Shown here: positions 1 through 5,644 of the stretch, piece after piece
Numbering within the stretch: position 1 is the first letter of the stretch
Layout of the letters: the number at the start of each line of letters is the position of its first letter
IMG/VR virus record: IMGVR_UViG_3300009193_000001
Length of the DNA stretch: 32,311 bases
Direction: 5' to 3' (one strand)
Origin: a virus
Taxonomy: Duplodnaviria > Heunggongvirae > Uroviricota > Caudoviricetes
The notes under the pieces: model-generated
Seen by the model: the letters and a program-made list of their open reading frames with translations, nothing else
Database searches by the model: none
What the model was told of the DNA's origin: nothing
Position numbers and translations under genes: made by a program

Positions 1-6
1 ATAACT

Positions 7-153
7 GATAGCAAAATTATGGCTTTTCATGGTCCGTATATTTGCGCCTATTCGATAGCAAAATTATGGCTTTTCATGGTCCGTATATTTGCGCCTATTC
101 GATAGCAAAATTATGGCTTTTCATGGTCCGTATATTTGCGCCTATTCGATAGC
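7..153. repeat. Tandem repeat of a 47-bp unit (3 exact copies plus 6 bp)
   Basis: GATAGCAAAATTATGGCTTTTCATGGTCCGTATATTTGCGCCTATTC at 7-53, 54-100 and 101-147, then GATAGC at 148-153; no spacers. Confidence 0.97.
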
Positions 154-377
154 CGTTTTTATTGTTCTTAATATAAGGAAGAGTAGCCGAAAAACTACAA
201 TAAACCATAGTTTAAAACCGCGTTAAATGTTTGCGATTAAATCAGTATTTGGTTGTTCACTTTTGGTTGTTTTTCAGACCTAAAAAAAGTTTTTTTTAAA
301 AAAAAATTCAGACATATTTTTTATAAAATTTTGACGTAAAACGATTATAAAATCGATATGGGGCAATAAATGTACGG

Positions 378-431
378 CACCCCCATCCTGACCACACATC
401 TAAACCCACACCCCCATCCTGACCACACATC
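378..431. repeat. 23-bp direct repeat (two copies, period 31)
   Basis: CACCCCCATCCTGACCACACATC at 378-400 and 409-431. Confidence 0.93.
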
Positions 432-514
432 AAAAATATAGTAGGCCCACCGAGCAGCACTTAAACGAAAAAATATCCAACACAAATTTTATTTTGTGTT
501 GGATATTTTTTTGT

Positions 515-928
515 TTATATCGTAAATAATCCGAGGCGAGAAACCTTAGCAGATTCTTTGCGGCCTCGTTCGACCTTAGCTGTTTTAGCGTTATGACATT
601 GATGACATAATGACCGAAGATTTGAGAATGAATAAGATTTAGATTTATCGTCTTGTATTTCAATTACGTGGTCGATTACATCAGCGGCCTTATCTATATC
701 ATTATCTAAACAGTCCTCACAAAATGGTTGGACCGCAAACTTCTTAGCAGATAATACTTTCCATCGTTTGGTTGAGTATATCAACTGCCCACGAATGTTT
801 AGTTGGTGGGCTAGCTTTTTACGAGGGGGGGCATCTTTTTTATGCTTGTGTTTTTCACAACGTACCCCCTCCACTTGCTTGTTGATTATGACACGACATC
901 TTGGTGATGTGCACTGGATTTTAGACAT
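515..928 (-). CDS. HNH endonuclease, terminase-associated (HK97 gp74-like) type
   Basis: 137 aa; N-terminal CxxxxC..CxxH, then CEDC...DHVIEI...NLRSLCHQCHNAKT HNH core; AAGGA RBS upstream. Confidence 0.8.
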   Translation of the reverse strand: MSKIQCTSPRCRVIINKQVEGVRCEKHKHKKDAPPRKKLAHQLNIRGQLIYSTKRWKVLSAKKFAVQPFCEDCLDNDIDKAADVIDHVIEIQDDKSKSYSFSNLRSLCHQCHNAKTAKVERGRKESAKVSRLGLFTI

Positions 929-1517
929 ATCGTTTCCTTAATGCTTCGGCAATTTTAGGTTCTTGTGTCATGGCCAAATGAATAGCATGTTCGTGTTTTT
1001 TTCTCTTCCATGCTGTATGTGCATCTAATGGATTATCGTATGCACCCAAATACTCTGTGCGTCTAGTTGTTGGGTTTCTACATCTTGAGGTGTATTTACC
1101 TTTATCTATAGTAACACCCATAGGTAATATTGATGCTCTACTGGAACCACCATCAGTCAGGAATAAATTTATATGTCGTTCTAAGAAAACGCAATTATCT
1201 GGGCTATATATTTTATTATCTAATACTAATATATCTTTATCTAATTCTTTATCTTGCCATTTTTGCAAAACCATCCAGCTTCTAAAATTAGAAAAATATT
1301 TCCATTCTTCACATACACCACAGCCAATATATGATGGTTTAGCTTTATGGTATGTGACCGAATAACATCGTTCAATCATACTAACCCACTTAATATAAAA
1401 TGGGCATTTCCATAGACTTTTAAATTTTCTAGTGTTTCCAACTTTGGGTAGTTCTTCTCTTATGTGTGTGACGTAATCTGCATCATTTATACCGAAGCCA
1501 CAAACTAATTTAGACAT
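921..1517 (-). CDS. HNH-type homing endonuclease with AP2-like C-terminus
   Basis: 198 aa; GFGINDADY, WVSMIERCY, VCEEWKYFSNF, LDKDIL..IYSPDNCVF, and YLGAYDNPLDAHTAW; GGAGG RBS; paralog of three other ORFs in the window. Confidence 0.8.
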   Translation of the reverse strand: MSKLVCGFGINDADYVTHIREELPKVGNTRKFKSLWKCPFYIKWVSMIERCYSVTYHKAKPSYIGCGVCEEWKYFSNFRSWMVLQKWQDKELDKDILVLDNKIYSPDNCVFLERHINLFLTDGGSSRASILPMGVTIDKGKYTSRCRNPTTRRTEYLGAYDNPLDAHTAWKRKKHEHAIHLAMTQEPKIAEALRKRYV

Positions 1518-1536
1518 ACATCATACCTCCATTCGA

Positions 1537-1572
1537 AAAAATATACTACCATTAAAGTGGGAGTATATTTTT
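1537..1572. terminator. Putative bidirectional intrinsic terminator hairpin
   Basis: AAAAATATACT (1537-1547) / AGTATATTTTT (1562-1572) arms with an inner CCA/TGG stem; T-runs on both strands; intergenic. Confidence 0.5.
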
Positions 1573-1579
1573 ATATCAT

Positions 1580-2167
1580 TTATTTAGTCTTTACGTATCT
1601 AACACATGATGTTCCGTGATTGTTTAAGTATGACTTTTTAGTGCGAGCTGTTGCATTACAGTGTGGACATTTTAAGTCTTCTGGAACTTCCGGCTCTTCA
1701 GCTTTAGGTTCAACGACTTTAGTTTCAACTGTTGGGTCAACGATTACTTTGGTTTCTAAATCAGGTTTCAATGATTTGTTTCCTTCTGTAGTTTCGACAC
1801 TTGGTTCTTCACTAATCAAGTCGATAAAGTCTTCTTTCTTTGGTGCTGGTTCTTCCAACACTACCGGAGCAACTTCAGGTACAACATCGCCAGCAACTAA
1901 TAGTTCAAGTGCTTTGATTTTGTTACTTAATGATTTACGGGTATGTATATCGTTCGGAATTTCCAAACTAAACAATTTAGCATATTTAACTACACCGATA
2001 TGGCATAATGTACGAGCATATTCCATATTGAATTCATCAGTATGTTCAAACTTTTCTTCACCTAAAAACTGTACAGTTAGACCGTGTGTTCTTAAGTATT
2101 TTGCCGCACATTCAGCTCGACCTTCTTCAGTTAACCCTTCTGGGTTGACAATAATATGTTGGTTCAT
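1580..2167 (-). CDS. Hypothetical protein with acidic Pro/Glu-rich linker and C-terminal zinc-finger-like motif
   Basis: 195 aa ORF with AGGA RBS; ends CPHC-x12-H-x3-C. Confidence 0.75.
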   Translation of the reverse strand: MNQHIIVNPEGLTEEGRAECAAKYLRTHGLTVQFLGEEKFEHTDEFNMEYARTLCHIGVVKYAKLFSLEIPNDIHTRKSLSNKIKALELLVAGDVVPEVAPVVLEEPAPKKEDFIDLISEEPSVETTEGNKSLKPDLETKVIVDPTVETKVVEPKAEEPEVPEDLKCPHCNATARTKKSYLNNHGTSCVRYVKTK

Positions 2168-2239
2168 GATTGTATCCTATTCAATTAATTTAATAAAATA
2201 CACTCTTGAATGTACTTTAGTAAATAGAACTTAAAGGGA

Positions 2240-2970
2240 ATGGGAAGATGTACCATCATTGGTAGGAGAGGACCAATAACCGTACACCTTCCACGAAGGC
2301 AATCGTTCTCGATTAGCGAACCACCGTGTGGTGGAGCATGCTTTATCGTCAATATGACGGAATGTTACGAATGTTAACGTCCACTGGTAAACATACAAAC
2401 TATCGGACGAGTACTAGGTTTTTATCGTGGTCTGCTTTGCCACTATCACACTCGCGCAGGGAGCTGTTCTTATGGGTAGCTGGGTCATGGTGTGCGGATA
2501 TCGTCTACACAATTTGAGCATCAATGATAGGCTTGGTAGACATAAAATGTAAGTAGACCTCTTACAGCAGTATTCCTCCCTTACGGGGAATTGAATTCGG
2601 AACTACAGCATCACAGCTTTGTATATGACAGAGGCAATAGGCAAGTATTACAATATCATTTTGTCGCTTCTGTATGGTTTTGTGCTTGTTCCTGAAATGG
2701 TGGGAGCGTTGCAACCGTTACTGGTTTATCTGCGATTTCACACATATCGATATGTTCCGCCTCCAAGCCAAGATAATGGCTATTATAATTTGTTACGTTA
2801 AACACAGACTTTTACTGCACCGTTTATTCCATAGCTAATGGATATTCCCCTTAACGTCCGAGGTGGTGTTTACTTATATGTATTATGAACTTTGCTTAGT
2901 AGGTTGAGCACCTATCTTTAACATTCATTAGCATTTTCATACTTGAGAGTTCTCACACTCTTACACATTT
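2240..2970 (-). ncRNA. Putative large structured ncRNA (~730 nt) directly downstream of tRNA(CAT)
   Basis: No credible ORF. Nested long-range helices 2368-2377/2918-2927, 2387-2393/2867-2873, 2403-2409/2855-2861, a second nested set within 2599-2692, and many local hairpins. Two of the longest helices contain G-U wobbles only on the minus strand. Ends are approximate. Confidence 0.7.
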
Positions 2971-2974
2971 AATT

Positions 2975-3052
2975 TGGTGAACCTAGGCGGACTCGAACCG
3001 CTCCTTCCTCCTGTTATGAGCAGGGAGCATTAACCAGTTATGCTATAGGTCC
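2975..3052 (-). tRNA. tRNA with CAT anticodon, probably tRNA-Ile2 (lysidine type); elongator Met not excluded
   Basis: GGACCTA/TAGGTTC acceptor stem, A73, encoded CCA, D-arm GCAT/ATGC, loop CTCATAA, T-loop TTCGAGT. C4-G69 and C5-G68 match the E. coli TilS determinants. One mismatch in the anticodon stem and a bulge or mismatch in the T-stem. Confidence 0.88.
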
Positions 3053-3054
3053 AT

Positions 3055-3242
3055 ATATTTTTGTTTGTATATTCAGGGAGTGCAAAGTGCCGTTACATAA
3101 ACGCTACAATTCAAGTATGACTGTAACTGGTAATTCTACCGCATCTAGTCAATTATACCATTACAATATAATCCGTAGAACATCTCTTTCCCATGTTAGC
3201 ACCCGTATAGTGACTTAGTCACGAAGATACAAACAAAAATAT
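3055..3242 (-). ncRNA. Putative ~190-nt structured RNA closed by a perfect 16-bp stem
   Basis: ATATTTTTGTTTGTAT (3055-3070) is the exact reverse complement of 3227-3242; internal helices include crossing ones. Strand inferred from the neighbours. Confidence 0.6.
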
Positions 3243-3341
3243 TCCTTTACACAACATATGAAAGGGGTAAATATGACCACTATTTACAAAGGGATTTATT
3301 AAACGTTTACAAGGCATAAACGGATACCATTCTTTCGAATT

Positions 3342-3481
3342 TGGCGGACTGTATAGGATTCGAACCTTGACTGGGTTAGCATGACCCATCAGTAAACATA
3401 TTAGGGACCAGTTCCCTACTTCAGATATAAACCTTTACGTTTTCGGCTTATTCGTTATATCGTTATGTTTTATTACAGTCC
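3342..3481 (-). ncRNA. 140-nt tRNA-like RNA with CCA end and no anticodon arm
   Basis: GGACTGTA/TACAGTCC acceptor stem, G73, CCA, AGG-TTCGAAT-CCT T-arm, long variable-arm-like hairpin; the D and anticodon region is replaced by a three-helix branched domain. Confidence 0.8.
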
Positions 3482-3486
3482 ATATT

Positions 3487-3574
3487 TGGTTGAGATGGCT
3501 GGACTCGAACCAGCAAACCGTATACTCGGTGACAAACTCATTCGTCTGTTATGTTTCCGTTGCATCACATCTCT
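3487..3574 (-). tRNA. Class II tRNA-like RNA with non-canonical anticodon loop (undetermined or pseudo tRNA)
   Basis: GAGATG/CATCTC acceptor stem with A1-A72 mismatch, A73, CCA, D-arm ATG-CAACGGAAA-CAT, perfect GCTGG-TTCGAGT-CCAGC T-arm, variable arm ACCG/CGGT; anticodon loop is CGAATGAG (8 nt, no U33). Confidence 0.72.
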
Positions 3575-3743
3575 TTAAAGTGTTGGGAGTCACCGTGCAT
3601 AATGACTTTACGTGCTAACTCCTTCGTAGCACAACCTTTGTGACATTTGTTTAAACTTAGATACCCACGAAGCTCTTCCGTATCAGTATCCTCAATCGTT
3701 AAAGAGTGTCTTATCTCTTAAGCTGTCGGGCTTTATCCAACCA

Positions 3744-4286
3744 TTAGGTGAATCTCTTTATTAGCGCAGAAGAAATTATATCACATGTTTCATGTTTCGC
3801 CAACATGTACGCATATTCTTTCTTTTTATTTGCCCATGATGCATGGGCGGCATTTGCGTCATCGAATGTGCCTAAATGCACTCTATTTTTTGTTATTGGT
3901 TCTCGTATACTTGACTGGAATTTTTTACCTTTTTTCAATACGCCAACAGGTAGATTATATTTATCTGTTGGTATAATTTGTATAAAATTATTTATTTGGC
4001 TAGTTATAAACACACAAGTATTCGGTCCATATATATTATTACCAATAACCAACAAATCTTTATCTAGTTGTTTACCAATATAATCTTGGGTTATCATCCA
4101 ATTTCTAAAATTCGAAAATAATTTCCAGTCATCGCACACCTCACAATCTAAATATGTTGGGTGCATTTTATGGTACAATACAGAATAACACCTACACATC
4201 ATAGATTTCCATCTGTTATAAAATGGACATCCTCTAGTCTTGTAATCTGCGTCGTTTATTCCGACACCGTACATCATTCTAGCCAT
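3744..4286 (-). CDS. HNH-type homing endonuclease with AP2-like C-terminus
   Basis: Start moved to the ATG at 4286 behind GGAGG; GVGINDADY, WKSMMCRCY, VCDDWKLFSNF, LDKDLL, HLGTFDDANAAHASW. Confidence 0.8.
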   Translation of the reverse strand: MARMMYGVGINDADYKTRGCPFYNRWKSMMCRCYSVLYHKMHPTYLDCEVCDDWKLFSNFRNWMITQDYIGKQLDKDLLVIGNNIYGPNTCVFITSQINNFIQIIPTDKYNLPVGVLKKGKKFQSSIREPITKNRVHLGTFDDANAAHASWANKKKEYAYMLAKHETCDIISSALIKRFT

Positions 4287-4326
4287 ATATATTCCTCCGA
4301 TGGTAGGAGGTCGCGCAATCACTGCG

Positions 4327-4905
4327 TTAACCAAATTCGTTCAGATACTTGCGGTAGCTATCTCTTCTAACGTCGCCATTATTGCATGGCAAATTGTGTG
4401 ACGTCAAGAACTTTTTTTGTTTATCTACTTTGTTATTTTTCGGCTTAAGCCAATCGATAACTTTAAGTTCGATTTTTGCATATTCGAGTGTTACGCCATA
4501 TCGTTCGGTATAAGTTTTTTCTGCGTGACATTGCAGACATAATATCTGTAAGTCATCAACGGTTACATCTAAAACTGATGTGGCGTATGGTCCAATATCA
4601 GCAATCTTCAATAGCGAGTGTTCGCCTTTGATGTGGTCCGTTTGTACATCTGGTCCTTTGAAACGCTGTTTACAGCATACACACTCCCACAACCACTTAG
4701 TTCTGGTGTTTGGGTCCATGTCTGGTATACGTGTCAATTCCAGTTTAAGTAAGCGTACAGGATGCATCATCCACGTCTGTCTTATGTTTGACCGGACTAT
4801 CGTACATAATGATTTTTCTGAAGCTAGTTCACCACCGATTGTTTTAATCAGCGATTGTTTAAATTCATGTTTTTTCTCTAGGTCAGCTTTGCTAGGCTTA
4901 GCCAT
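4327..4905 (-). CDS. HNH endonuclease family protein
   Basis: 192 aa; CVCC...VQTDHI...DDLQILCLQCHAEKT; AAGGAG RBS. Confidence 0.75.
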   Translation of the reverse strand: MAKPSKADLEKKHEFKQSLIKTIGGELASEKSLCTIVRSNIRQTWMMHPVRLLKLELTRIPDMDPNTRTKWLWECVCCKQRFKGPDVQTDHIKGEHSLLKIADIGPYATSVLDVTVDDLQILCLQCHAEKTYTERYGVTLEYAKIELKVIDWLKPKNNKVDKQKKFLTSHNLPCNNGDVRRDSYRKYLNEFG

Positions 4906-5125
4906 AATTTTCTCCTTTGCTCAGTAAGTGACACAAACAAAGAATGAGTTGTTGGCTGGCTCACTGTCAAGAACCAACCAACAACACAACAGTTCCCTAG
5001 CCTGTTTAACGTTTGCCACGCATAAGGGGCAACTCGCGACGCTTGTCATCCACAGGTGTTATGTCGTAGGGTTACAGACAATTTATAATTATTTTTTAAT
5101 TGACTGGGTCAAGCATGTTAATCGG

Positions 5126-5247
5126 TGCTCTTCCTAATAGTACGAACAATAGATTTAGGATTGATGATGAGCCGATTAATGAATGCTCTTCCTAATAGTA
5201 CGAACAATAGATTTTAGAGTGATATTTTATTGTTCGTACTATTAGGA
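5126..5247. promoter_or_regulatory. Three copies of a T7-promoter-like motif (two rightward, one leftward); candidate phage RNAP promoters or origin element
   Basis: 31-bp direct repeat at 5126-5156 and 5184-5214; its 20-bp core TCCTAATAGTACGAACAATA is inverted at 5228-5247. TAATA-N8-AATA-G has the same spacing as T7 TAATA-CGACTCAC-TATA-G. Confidence 0.6.
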
Positions 5248-5277
5248 CAACACACCGTAAAAAACTATCCCCTTCTC

Positions 5278-5328
5278 TATATACGTGTGCGCGTACACAT
5301 ACACGCACGTACACACGCATGCGCACAC
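5278..5328. repeat. 51-bp perfect alternating pyrimidine/purine tract
   Basis: TATATACGTGTGCGCGTACACATACACGCACGTACACACGCATGCGCACAC. Confidence 0.9.
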
Positions 5329-5587
5329 CCGTTGTCTATTAAAAAATATACAAAAAGAATTCGTGCCTCATATTTTCGCACATTTTAACATTCAGATAAA
5401 CTATCGTTCATCTTCATTAAACAAACATCAAAAACTAAACATGGTGGTCTTCGACCACGCAGCTTCGCTGCAAAAACTTAATCTTAAATATTTTTATTGA
5501 AATAACATCATTAAATATTATAAAATCATTGCCAGTATCATTCTAGGCCGCACACGAGGCGGTGTTTGAAATAAAATAAAATAATCA

Positions 5588-5616
5588 TTTACAATTAAAT
5601 CATTAAAATATAGAAT
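5588..5616 (+). promoter_or_regulatory. Sigma70-type promoter for the RNAP gene
   Basis: TTTACA-17 bp-TAGAAT with an A-tract UP-like element upstream, 29 bp before the ATG. Confidence 0.65.
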
Positions 5617-5644
5617 ACGTTCATTGAGTTTGTAGGAGAAAATA

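Noticed and set aside
7-153. 47-bp repeats as a CRISPR array
   Set aside because: Copies are directly adjacent with no unique spacers, and no cas genes are present.
430-663. 77-aa minus-strand ORF
   Set aside because: Overlaps the HNH gene in another frame, with no RBS or motif.
2326-2801. Short plus-strand ORFs (2326-2517, 2619-2801)
   Set aside because: Opposite to the local transcription direction, no RBS, and inside the structured RNA region.
2940-2974. Theta (HDV-like) ribozyme directly after the tRNA CCA
   Set aside because: The trailer starts AATTAAATG, and I could not build the P1/P1.1/P2/P3 double pseudoknot; the same applies after the other two CCA ends.
3342-3481. tmRNA identity for the 140-nt tRNA-like RNA
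   Set aside because: No G3-U70 alanine determinant (pair 3-70 is A-U), far too short, and no tag ORF or pseudoknot chain.
4941-4985. Leftward sigma70 promoter (TTGACA on the minus strand at 4965-4970 inside a 12-bp hairpin)
   Set aside because: No acceptable -10 at 16-18 bp spacing. The hairpin 4948-4959/4974-4985 is real, but its role is unsupported.
4928-5500. ORFs 4928-5137 and 5285-5500
   Set aside because: No RBS; they run through repeats and low-complexity control DNA.
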